Below are positions 13,545-21,902 of a stretch of 64,000 nt of DNA, piece by piece (the stretch's first letter is position 1; the number at the start of each line of letters is the position of its first letter). The notes beneath the pieces were generated by a model. The model saw only the letters and a program-made list of their open reading frames with translations. It was not told the origin of the DNA and ran no database searches. Origin of the DNA: Basidiobolus meristosporus CBS 931.73 (taxonomy: Eukaryota > Fungi > Basidiobolomycota); NCBI GenBank assembly GCA_002104905.1, contig MCFE01000334.1:1-64000 (forward strand). Reading direction: 5' to 3'. Both the position numbers and the translations under genes were made by a program.

Positions 13545-14050
13545 TTTAGGTTTGATCCAAGATGAGTTAGTTAGCTTTAAAAAAGTTTTATACGCTCAAG
13601 TTTAATATGAGATGAGTTAGTTAGCTTTAAACGCTTAAGTTTAATATAAGATGAGTTAGTTAGTTTTAAAAAAGTTTTATACGCTCAAGTTTAATATAAG
13701 ATGAGTTAGTTAGTTTTAAAAAAGTTTTATACGCTCAAGTTTAATATGAGATAAGTTAGTTAGTTTGATCCAAGATGAGTTAGATCTAAGATAAGTTAGT
13801 TTGTTTTAAAACAGGTTTAGACATTTAGGTTTGATCCAAGATAAGTTTGTTTGTTTTAAAACAGGTTTAGACGTTTAGGTTTGATCCAAGATAAGTTTGT
13901 TTGTTTTAAAACAGGTTTAGATGTTTAGGTTTGATCCAAGATAAGTTTGTTTGTTTTAAAACAGGTTTAGACGTTTAGGTTTGATCCAAGATAAGTTAGT
14001 TTGTTTTAAAAAAGTTTTATACGCTCAAGTTTAATATAAGATATGTTTGA
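13545..14050. repeat. Tandem array of two related 50-bp units (A and B) in the viral insert
   Basis: A = agatgagttagttagttttaaaaaagttttatacgctcaagtttaatata; B = agataagtttgtttgttttaaaacaggtttagacgtttaggtttgatcca; about ten units, some truncated. Confidence 0.9.
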
Positions 14051-14130
14051 TCTAAAATATTAACATCCGATAAAAAACACTTTTTAAAAAGTATAATAAT
14101 CAAAAGCTGATATGATCATGCACACAACAA

Positions 14131-15194
14131 TTATTTATTTAAGGCAGCAACATTTGTAACAGCACTAAACAAAGAGTTTGCAACATAAACGTCATCTTCG
14201 CCAATAGTTTCCATAATCTTTTGGATATCTTCCTTGTCCAATTTATCAAAGTCTTGCTTGCCATTCTTACGAATAATCATGACAACATTCTTATCACCCA
14301 ATACTTGGTCCACTTCCTTGATAATAGTTTCTCCAGGTTCCTTATCAACTGGAGCGGTTTCAACGGGAACCGATGATGAAGGAGCACTAATGTTTACAAC
14401 TGGTGGAGTAGTTGAAATGGCATTTACCTTATTGGCCAAGTCAGAAATGCATTTAGTTAAAACAATAACACTGTTGCAAAGTTCTTGATATGCATTTGTT
14501 TGACCAGCCAAAAAATTATTTAAACTGTTAAAAGCAGATTTTAGAAAGACATCTTTGTTATCAGCAATTCTAGAAAGTTCGTTGACTAAAGGTGTAAAAT
14601 CAAACGCTTGGGGTGTTGGCAAAGATAAAGCCTGGTATCAGAGGTAGGAATAGAAAAGGGTTGTTGGGGTTGTTTGTATTTAATCTTAACACTACCAAGA
14701 TGTTTAATACCCAAATCAGTTGGCACATTGTTATTAACATTAGATGATTTTGGTTTGGATGGTTCAAGATCTCCCAATCCACCAAGGCCACCAAGGCCAC
14801 CAATACCACCCAATTTTTTGGGCTTGTTCAAACCGCCAATAGATTTAGGTTTAGTAGGCTTGTCTTCAGACTTGTCGCCAATGTCCCCCAATCCACCTAA
14901 TCCACCAAGGCCACCAAGACCACCTAATATAATGGGTTTGCCCAATCCACCTAAACTTTCAAGCTTTGATTTATTGGTATTAATATCCAGAACTTCATCA
15001 GAAGGAAAATCCAAAGCCAAAGGTTTGACAAAAGGTTCAGGTTGTTTGTCAACAGTATTGGGAAAAGATAAACCGCCCAAACCACCAAGACCACTTAACT
15101 TTTTACCACAGTTAGAATCCATTAAATCTTCGTTAATAACATATCCTCCATCACTACTATAATCTGATGAAAAAAAGTCTTCTATATCAGACAT
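14131..15194 (-). pseudogene. Viral orphan gene (~355 aa) with GGLGGL repeats, split by a 1-bp frameshift near 14637
   Basis: ORFs 14586-15194 and 14131-14622 overlap. Restoring one base (GAT AC to GAT TAC) gives ...PTSD-YQALSLPTPQAFDF..., one continuous frame. Confidence 0.65.
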
Positions 15195-15300
15195 TTGATC
15201 AAAGTTCTTAATGCTGAAAAAAATTTTAAAAAAATATATTAGTTATCATTTCAAATCTGCCAGATGCGTCTATTATACAATACATGCAATAAAACGTGAA

Positions 15301-15666
15301 TTAATCAAAGATTTTACTTTTGTTGTTTAATCTTTGGGCAGCAGATGCTAGTGACGCCAAAGCATTGTCAGGGATTTTATTTCTAACTAAAGGAATAGTA
15401 TCGTTCCGTCAAGAATGTTTGGATTTGGGGGATATAAGTACACCAGAGTTGTTTAAAGTCATACCACATACTTTATCTATTTTGCTATCTTTCCAGACAA
15501 CAGAACCTTCACGGTTCTTAACTTTAAGAATGTTGGCATTTATAAGTCTAACGCTAGCATCGGTACCTTTGCCGATAACATTGGCGAAATCATAAAACGG
15601 GTTGTCAGAAGGTCTAAAAGTAGGAGAATAGTTAGCTTGAATAGAATAAAATTTGGAAGAAGTCAT
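15301..15666 (-). pseudogene. Viral orphan gene (~121 aa) with an internal TGA at 15409-15411
   Basis: After KHS-TGA the frame stays open for 35 codons (RNDTIPLVRNKIPDNALASLASAAQRLNNKSKIFD) up to a TAA at 15301-15303. Confidence 0.6.
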
Positions 15667-15838
15667 AGTATACAGAGAAAAAAGAATGTTTGCTTAGTAT
15701 AATAAACCAGATTGACCCTCTCTCACTTTAAAGTTTTGGATAAAAAAAGAAATAAGTTTTTAACAACAATGAGAAGAAAAAAAACTTGAACGGAAAATAT
15801 ATATATGTGTATTACAAATTTGTGCCAAGAGTAAGAAC

Positions 15839-16681
15839 ATGATGACAAGTGAGTTTGAGAAATTTGTATCCGAGAACATTTCTTATGGAGTATGTTTTGT
15901 TCAAGAAGAGCCATTTAGTAAGTATTTTGTGGATGCGGAATTTGTGTCAACAAAGTTCATAGAGATGGAGATAAAGAAATTGGAGGAGGAATGTGGGACA
16001 ATATCGGATAAGATTAGAATGGCATTTAAGATATTAAAGGGTTCTAAGCAAGAGTTGGAGAACAGATTGGAGAATATTAAGGGAGGATGTATAAGATACA
16101 TAGACCAGATACACCAAGAGAATGGTAAGACTGTAATAGTTTTGCCAAAAGCAATGAGTGGGGGTAAATCTAAGAAAGCGTTAAAGAAACTGTTGAATGA
16201 TGCGGTGAACCAGTTAAAGTTTAATATTTTATCTGTAACTAAAGCAATGCACGTATATGATATTTTTGTGTCAAGAATTAGATATGGGATAACAGAAATA
16301 ATATCTAGTATAGAGATACATTACAATGAATATCCGAATAAGTTTACGTTAACAACGGAGCCAGATTTAAAATATGATAACATGGGGTATATCACGGATA
16401 AGTTGGATGTGATATTAAATGGTATGGTGAAGGCGGTGATAGCGGATATAAACAAAGGAGAGATAAAGTTTATAAGATTGGAAAAGGTTTTAGAATTGTT
16501 GAAAGTGGAGGATACAGATGACTTGATAAAGATAGCAGTAATAGCTGGAACAAGAGCAAATACTGGGTTAGGGGAGTTATTTTTGAGAAGAATATTGGAT
16601 GATGGGTATGAGCGAGAGGAGTTGGATAGGCTCATGGAGGAGAGTAATTTAAAGAGATATGTGGAGAAGTATGAAAACTAA
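15839..16681 (+). CDS. FEN1/XPG (Rad2)-like flap-endonuclease-fold protein, 280 aa, with several catalytic acids replaced
   Basis: YFVDAE ~ IAIDAS; KTVIVLPK ~ KPVYVFDG; TEPD ~ EAE; ITDKLDVILNG ~ ATEDMDCLTFG; IRLEKVLELLKVEDTDDLIKIAVIAGTRANTGLG ~ the H3TH motif IDLEKVLEELGL...LIDLAILLGTDY..GIG. Confidence 0.62.
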   Translation: MMTSEFEKFVSENISYGVCFVQEEPFSKYFVDAEFVSTKFIEMEIKKLEEECGTISDKIRMAFKILKGSKQELENRLENIKGGCIRYIDQIHQENGKTVIVLPKAMSGGKSKKALKKLLNDAVNQLKFNILSVTKAMHVYDIFVSRIRYGITEIISSIEIHYNEYPNKFTLTTEPDLKYDNMGYITDKLDVILNGMVKAVIADINKGEIKFIRLEKVLELLKVEDTDDLIKIAVIAGTRANTGLGELFLRRILDDGYEREELDRLMEESNLKRYVEKYEN

Positions 16682-16845
16682 ACAAGATATATGAGTTATA
16701 TATATGTGAAAGAAAAATAGGTTAAGTTTTTGAGATAAGAACGTTAAGAATATATGAGTGAAAAAGTATGAATAAAAAAATAAATCAGAAGTTGTTAGAA
16801 GTAAAAAAAAAGTTTTGTAAAAGGTTTAAACCAAAGTTAGTTCAG

Positions 16846-17030
16846 GTTAAAGAAAAGATTTTTAAAAAGGGTTTAAATTAAAGTTATAGTTTAAGTTATA
16901 GAAAAGATTTTTAAAAAGGGTTTAAATTAAAGTTATAGTTTGAGTTAAAGAAAAGATTTTTAAAAAGGGTTTAAATTGAAGTTATAGTTATAGTTAAAGA
17001 AAAGATTTTTAAAAAAGGTTTAAACCAATA
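16846..17030. repeat. Tandem array, 4 x 49 bp
   Basis: Unit gaaaagatttttaaaaagggtttaaattaaagttatagtttaagttata begins at 16852, 16901, 16950 and 16999. Confidence 0.92.
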
Positions 17031-17068
17031 CTTATATTTCAAGTTAAAAAAAAATACTTTTTGCATTT

Positions 17069-17290
17069 TTACAACAGTTGGCATATTAACTTGTAATACT
17101 TTATTAATCTTGGTCTAATCTCTTGTGGGTGAACCTTTTGTACATAAAGTCTTAACTCTTTTATGTTGTCTTTCCCAATCTGCAAAAAACAATCATACGC
17201 TTTCTCCATCGTCGGTTCATGTAAATTATTTCTTACTAACGGTTCTAATCTTGACAATATTAAATCTAACCTATCCTGTTTTGAATCCAT
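17069..17290 (-). CDS. Small viral orphan ORF (73 aa)
   Basis: ATG at 17290, TAA at 17069; packed between the array and the SWIB gene; no recognisable motif. Confidence 0.55.
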   Translation of the reverse strand: MDSKQDRLDLILSRLEPLVRNNLHEPTMEKAYDCFLQIGKDNIKELRLYVQKVHPQEIRPRLIKYYKLICQLL

Positions 17291-17327
17291 CCTAGACAAA
17301 ATATTTTTTAAAAAGTTTTAATTACAA

Positions 17328-17942
17328 TCATTCCATAACTTTTCTGGCCATAGCAATAATAGTTTTTCTGTTGTCTTTGGCAATATATTTTTGGTCTTTC
17401 TCTTTATCATGTTTCAACAAAGGAAACTCAGAAAGATCTAATAATTCAGCCAAGAAATTATCCATGTACATACCAACATCAGTCTTTAAGTTGCTCAAGT
17501 TAATGTATTGGGTTAACATAGTTCTGACATCGGTTAAACAAGTTTCTTTGTTGGGGTTGTATCTTAAACTAAGATCTTTTAACGTTGAAGCTTTGTCGTG
17601 CAACATTTTAACACGTTGGTTAGTTGGTACAGACTTGGTAAAGAAGGTTATCTTTTTTTCTTTGTTGTCATCAGATTGCTTGTTCTTTGGCTTAGATTTG
17701 ATAATTTTTAAGGGAGATGCGCATACAGGATTAATAACTTTGGTTTGTAAATTCTTTTCAGTGATTTCCATTCTTTGGCTGATAATTTTGGCAAGATCTT
17801 TATTGTTACCAATTTTTCTAATCATGTTGCAGGCATCTCGAAAATCTTCGAATTGATTTTTGGTAAATCTGAGTTTAAAAACTCTTTCTTCAGAATGTCC
17901 AATAGGTTCTTGAATAGCTTCACCGGAAACGTTTACAGCCAA
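17328..17942 (-). CDS. SWIB/MDM2-domain protein; frame open to 18020 with no upstream ATG
   Basis: C-terminal LTDVRTMLTQYINLSNLKTDVGMYMDNFLAELL ~ SWIB consensus RTEV...LW.YIK..NLQ......I..D..L..LF, preceded by a Lys-rich linker. Confidence 0.6.
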   Translation of the reverse strand: MAVNVSGEAIQEPIGHSEERVFKLRFTKNQFEDFRDACNMIRKIGNNKDLAKIISQRMEITEKNLQTKVINPVCASPLKIIKSKPKNKQSDDNKEKKITFFTKSVPTNQRVKMLHDKASTLKDLSLRYNPNKETCLTDVRTMLTQYINLSNLKTDVGMYMDNFLAELLDLSEFPLLKHDKEKDQKYIAKDNRKTIIAMARKVME

Positions 17943-18332
17943 TTTGCCTAAACTTTTGGCAAGAGAGAGGACATTATCAGAAGTATTGGATTTGGTTGCG
18001 TTTGTGCTTAAATCTGGAATTTACAGATACTTGATTTAAAAGTCAAAAATTGTAGAGTCAATCTTAAATATATCCAATAACTAGCAAGTAATTATAATCA
18101 CTTGAACATTATAATGGTAACTATATATTTTTTCAAATTCAAGAAATAATTTTATCATATTTATGTACCAAAAATATATATAATATGTTCAGTCATTCAA
18201 CATTTAACTTTTTTTACATAATAGTTTTTAAAGAAAAGTCTTTAATTAAGCGTTGATTTTGTTTGTCAAAAAAGTTTTTAATTAAACGTTAAATATAAGT
18301 TTTAATTTGTTTTTTAAATTCTAATTTTAAAT

Positions 18333-18422
18333 ATGATATTTGATGTTTGAAATTTGATGTTTGAAATTTGATATTTGAAATTTGATATTTGAAATTTGAT
18401 ATTTAATATTTGATATTTGATT
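18333..18422. repeat. 7-bp microsatellite (TTTGAAA/TTTGATA/TTTGATG)
   Basis: About a dozen consecutive heptamers between the SWIB gene and the Rpb1-C gene. Confidence 0.85.
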
Positions 18423-18458
18423 TTTAAAAAAGTTGTTCATATCTAATAAAGTTTAATA

Positions 18459-19538
18459 TTATTTATTCATCTTATTGTCTTCTGCTTTTTGCTCTATAAT
18501 ATCAAAGTTTGCATTTCCTGTTCCCAACGGTATTGTATTATTTATTATTATAGACAAATACACCAACCCTCCCTTGTCTACCAATTTGTGTTTTGTTGAT
18601 AAACGTAAATCTTTCTTAGCTTTCTCAAATGCCATTGATGATAAAAATCCTTTGTTGCTCAAATGCAAATTATTTTTTGTAAACGGTGTTACTTTTCCAT
18701 GCCACGTCATAAAATCCGCAATTAATGTTGGATGCAAAGAGTCTTTGTTGTACATTCTCAATAGTTCTTTCCGAATTGCTTTTCTAGCTGCCTCAACACC
18801 TAAATATCTCTCTACATCTTTAATATTATTAGAATAAATATCTTTTAGTTTTATCCCTCTTAGTCTTAACACCTCTTTTATATTTGATCCGTGAGTAATA
18901 ATTTCTCCTTTTCTGTTTGTTCCTATTTTTCTTATTCCAGATATGCCAAAAACTTTTTTGTCTAATGCCTGCAAACAATCTATTAACCCATCTTTGTCAC
19001 CATGATACACATCTATGATACCCAAAAACATTGGGGAATACGTAACATCATAATCTGGAAATAATGTATTACAAAATATTTCTAACGATCTAATTCCTAT
19101 TGCATATAATTTTTGCGGATCCAAATAAAATCTTATTTTTGTATTATTGCCTTGAAAATTTGCTACATCAAGAAACAAACCTAACAAAACACCAATCTTG
19201 TACCAAGAATCTTTGTTGTTTATGCCCAGAAAACTATTAGACATTCCTATAAGTAAACTTTTAAACGTTATTTCTGTAATATCTTTTGGTAGCACGGTAT
19301 CTGGTACATTTGATATAATCATAGATGACATCTTTTGCGTTGTTGGCAAGTCCATAATTTCTTTTATTCCTGGATGTAACATACAAATTTTGGTTCCAGA
19401 AAAACTTTTTGAGCTTGTTCCAGAAGTCTCAGAGTTGCTTTCCAACCCAATTGCATGGAAGGAGCTCAAGTTACTTTGTGTGGCAACTTGCATAACTTCT
19501 TGAGCAGATATAATTCCTATCGGTGTTCCAGGTTCCAT
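18459..19538 (-). CDS. DNA-directed RNA polymerase largest subunit, stand-alone C-terminal part (Rpb1-C / A''-like), 359 aa
   Basis: PGTPIGIISAQEVMQVATQSNLSSFHAIG ~ [26 protein letters not shown].AG (trigger loop); GSNIKEVL; YSNNIKDVERYLGVEAAR; LIADFMTWHG; FLSSMAFE; IPLGTG. An in-frame TGA lies two codons upstream of the ATG, followed by AT-rich intergenic DNA. Confidence 0.93.
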   Translation of the reverse strand: MEPGTPIGIISAQEVMQVATQSNLSSFHAIGLESNSETSGTSSKSFSGTKICMLHPGIKEIMDLPTTQKMSSMIISNVPDTVLPKDITEITFKSLLIGMSNSFLGINNKDSWYKIGVLLGLFLDVANFQGNNTKIRFYLDPQKLYAIGIRSLEIFCNTLFPDYDVTYSPMFLGIIDVYHGDKDGLIDCLQALDKKVFGISGIRKIGTNRKGEIITHGSNIKEVLRLRGIKLKDIYSNNIKDVERYLGVEAARKAIRKELLRMYNKDSLHPTLIADFMTWHGKVTPFTKNNLHLSNKGFLSSMAFEKAKKDLRLSTKHKLVDKGGLVYLSIIINNTIPLGTGNANFDIIEQKAEDNKMNK

Positions 19539-19722
19539 GATTCATGCATATATATATTTGTCAACTTTTTGAACATAACATTTTTTGGATTGAACATTTA
19601 AATCTCATTACTAAATAAGATCTATTTAAGATTCTAACTTTAAATCACCCATGTCCCAAGAAAATTTAGGAAAATAAGCATTATCTGATATTGTTGAATC
19701 TGCCAACAAGATTATTGCGGAC

Positions 19723-20160
19723 ATGATTTATACAGTCATGTCTGACTTTAGCAGCAAACTTATTAAAGAAGGCTTAGATTCCGATACTGTTCTCAAATGC
19801 GCTAACAACCTTAGCTCCAATTATCTTGGTGAAGGCGTTAAAATTAGAAAAAAGCCTACTCCTAGAGCTCCTAAGGCTCCTGGTACTACTAAATCTTCTA
19901 GTACTACTAAAAGTTGTTCCAAGCCTACTCCTAAAACTCTTACTTGGGAACCTCATCCTGGAGACCCAGAGAATTATTCTTTCACCAGAGACATTGTACT
20001 TAAGAAGGGCCTTCCTGTACGTTATAACAAGAACAAGAAGGTTGTCTATGTTGGTGGTAAAGATGAGGTATATGACCTTGAAGTTGAAGATGCTATGCTC
20101 TTGAGTAACTGTAACCTTGTCTGTGATATGTCTTTTGCTGGTGTTCCTAAAGCGGAATAA
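19723..20160 (+). CDS. Viral orphan protein (145 aa) with a K/P/T/S-rich central linker
   Basis: Clean ORF with strongly T/C-ending codons, divergent from Rpb1-C. Confidence 0.7.
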   Translation: MIYTVMSDFSSKLIKEGLDSDTVLKCANNLSSNYLGEGVKIRKKPTPRAPKAPGTTKSSSTTKSCSKPTPKTLTWEPHPGDPENYSFTRDIVLKKGLPVRYNKNKKVVYVGGKDEVYDLEVEDAMLLSNCNLVCDMSFAGVPKAE

Positions 20161-20209
20161 ATAAGATATGTTTTTGTCTTAAAACTATTTTTTAAAAGAT
20201 CTTAGACCA

Positions 20210-20335
20210 AAGTATATTTAAAACCAAATTTAAAAACTATATTTAAAAGATCAAAAACCATTTTTAAAAACCAAATATCAAAAACCAAATTTAAAAAACA
20301 TATTTAAAAAACTATATTTAAAAACTAAATTATGC
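20210..20335. repeat. Degenerate 12-13-bp tandem repeat (AAAAACCAAATTT / AAAAACTATATTT)
   Basis: Visible run of A-tract units downstream of the ORF ending at 20160. Confidence 0.7.
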
Positions 20336-20370
20336 AACTTAAATTATTTTTTAACCCATGTTTTCTTAAC

Positions 20371-20627
20371 CTAAGAGTTTTATAACTACTTTACTCTTAC
20401 GACTTATAACCCTTTTTAACCCAAGAGTTTTATAACTACTTTACTCTTACCACTCATAACCTTTTTTAAAAACACCTTTTTTTATTATTAACTCTCATTG
20501 TATATACCTTTTATAACTACTTTACTCTTACAACTTATAACCCTTTTTAACCCAAGAGTTTTATAACTACTTTACTCTTAAGACTTATAACCCTTTTTAA
20601 CCCAAGAGTTTTATAACTACTTTACTC
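20371..20627. repeat. Tandem array of 50-bp units, cut by the right junction
   Basis: Unit ccaagagttttataactactttactcttacgacttataaccctttttaac begins at 20371, 20421, 20552 and 20602; the last copy is truncated at TTTACTC. Confidence 0.9.
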
Positions 20628-20936
20628 AAACTTGCAGTTCCTAGATATAAAGGCCTGTAGGTCTTCTTCAAAGTCATTGATCTTTGTCCTTACTAGCTGA
20701 GTAATAAGGTTGATTATGTGAGAGTTCCCATCAGCTGTTGAGACTGAAGTTGATTTGATGGGTTCCAAGTTGATTCCAGCATTCAAAGCAAATTGCTCTG
20801 ACATGTACTCATGTGATGCTCCTGGGTCAATCATGACCTTGGCAAGTACACCATTGATTACTCCATTCAGTTATAATAGCTTTCCTGAGTTTGAGGTCAT
20901 CTGGGACAGGTATTCTTCTGTCATATGGTAGGTGAG
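20625..20936 (-). pseudogene. Gypsy aspartic protease region, truncated by the insert
   Basis: LAKVMIDPGASHEYMS (D-[S/P]-G-A motif), in frame with gag beyond two TAA codons; ends ...SRNCKFE at the junction. Confidence 0.85.
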
Positions 20937-21845
20937 TTATGAGTCTTCTTCAAGTTCATCCTCCAAGGTACCATGCTCCAGGGCCTCAATATGGTTAAAG
21001 GCTCTAGATGGCTGGTGTCCATTTCTTCTCTGAGGGCAGTACTTTGCAATATGTCCCTGCTGGTGGCAATTGAAGCAAAGTCCTTTCTTCTTACATTCTT
21101 CTGAGGTAGGATTCTTCTGCCTAGCATCTATTTCCATTGGTACTGCTTCTGACTGTCTTCTTTCATAATGATTGTAGCCTTTCTGATTAGTCACTGCAGG
21201 CTTCCCAACTCCAAACATAGCTAAGTTGTAGTCAATGGCAATCTTGATGGCTTCTTCAATAGTCTGAGGTCTCTGGTAATTTGCTTCCTTGCAAGTTCTT
21301 TCTTTCAACCCATCAATAAAGTATTCAATTTGATTCAGGGGGTCCATTCTTTCAATTTGTCCAAGTAGAAATCTGTACTTGTAGATGTATTCTTGAACCA
21401 CTCCTTTCTGTCTGAGTGTTTTTAACTTCCTTCTTAGTAGTGTCTGCTGGTATGGAGATTCAAAAGCATGCTGAATCTCCAACATAAACTCATCCCAGGT
21501 AGAGATTGTAGAGCATCCCATCATAGTGGCTGACCTGATCTTGTTGTGGTACCACTGTAAGGCTGCATCTGCCAGGTAAGAAGCTGCATGATGCAACTTG
21601 CTTTCTGGAGCAATTCCTTTAGCTTTAAAAGCTTCATCAATCTGAAAGTGCCTAGTTCCCAGGTTTTCATTGACTCTGCCATGGTACTGGTTGACCTTCA
21701 CACTAAAGTTGCTCTTGACAGGGCTTTGCTGGCTCTGAGCCATGGTAGTCATTCCTTGTTGCTGTTGGCTGAGGATCTGGAGAAACTGTTGCTGTTGGGC
21801 TAGGATTTGCTGCATGGCATTCTTCCATTCTTGATTGTCCAACAT
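20937..21845 (-). CDS. Gypsy Gag (302 aa, open frame) with a CCHC zinc knuckle
   Basis: Retrotrans_gag-like YLADAALQWY...WDEFMLEIQHAF...LKTLRQKGVVQEYI; PMEID; CFNCHQQGHIAKYC. Confidence 0.92.
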   Translation of the reverse strand: MLDNQEWKNAMQQILAQQQQFLQILSQQQQGMTTMAQSQQSPVKSNFSVKVNQYHGRVNENLGTRHFQIDEAFKAKGIAPESKLHHAASYLADAALQWYHNKIRSATMMGCSTISTWDEFMLEIQHAFESPYQQTLLRRKLKTLRQKGVVQEYIYKYRFLLGQIERMDPLNQIEYFIDGLKERTCKEANYQRPQTIEEAIKIAIDYNLAMFGVGKPAVTNQKGYNHYERRQSEAVPMEIDARQKNPTSEECKKKGLCFNCHQQGHIAKYCPQRRNGHQPSRAFNHIEALEHGTLEDELEEDS

Positions 21846-21902
21846 CTTGAGGGTGGTTTCTTCTTTCTTCAGGAGGGAGGTTTTTAGTTATGCTGCTACC
21901 AA

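Larger units (their letters stand above)
12937..20627. other. Endogenous giant-virus (Nucleocytoviricota-like) DNA fragment, ~8 genes
   Basis: AT-rich, intronless, densely packed ORFs on both strands with ~50-bp intergenic arrays. Encodes a separate Rpb1 C-terminal subunit and UDG-like, FEN1-like and SWIB proteins. Abrupt composition change at both junctions. Confidence 0.82.

Noticed and set aside
13545-14050. Regular ~50-bp repeats as a CRISPR array
   Set aside because: Units are head-to-tail with no unique spacers, there are no cas genes, and the context is eukaryotic/viral. The same applies to 16846-17030, 20371-20627 and 25650-25754.
15409-15411. TGA read as Trp (alternative genetic code) in the insert
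   Set aside because: There is only one internal TGA, other viral ORFs use TGG for Trp, and a single nonsense change is simpler. It is not fully excluded, since nearly all other stops are TAA.
17296-17312. AAATATTT as a Marseillevirus-type promoter motif
   Set aside because: A single occurrence in very AT-rich DNA is expected by chance.
14234-19956. Antisense ORFs over viral genes (14674-15162, 15320-15595, 16321-16635, 17371-17856, 18475-18837, 19198-19503, 19774-19956)
   Set aside because: They are shadows of the stop-poor opposite strand with no motifs of their own.
12937-20627. Insert as a yeast-type cytoplasmic linear plasmid (pGKL-like) or archaeal/bacterial DNA
   Set aside because: Those plasmids have a much smaller polymerase C-terminal subunit and no UDG, FEN1 or SWIB genes. 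The Rpb1-C motifs are eukaryote/virus-like, and there is no operon structure or Shine-Dalgarno pattern.
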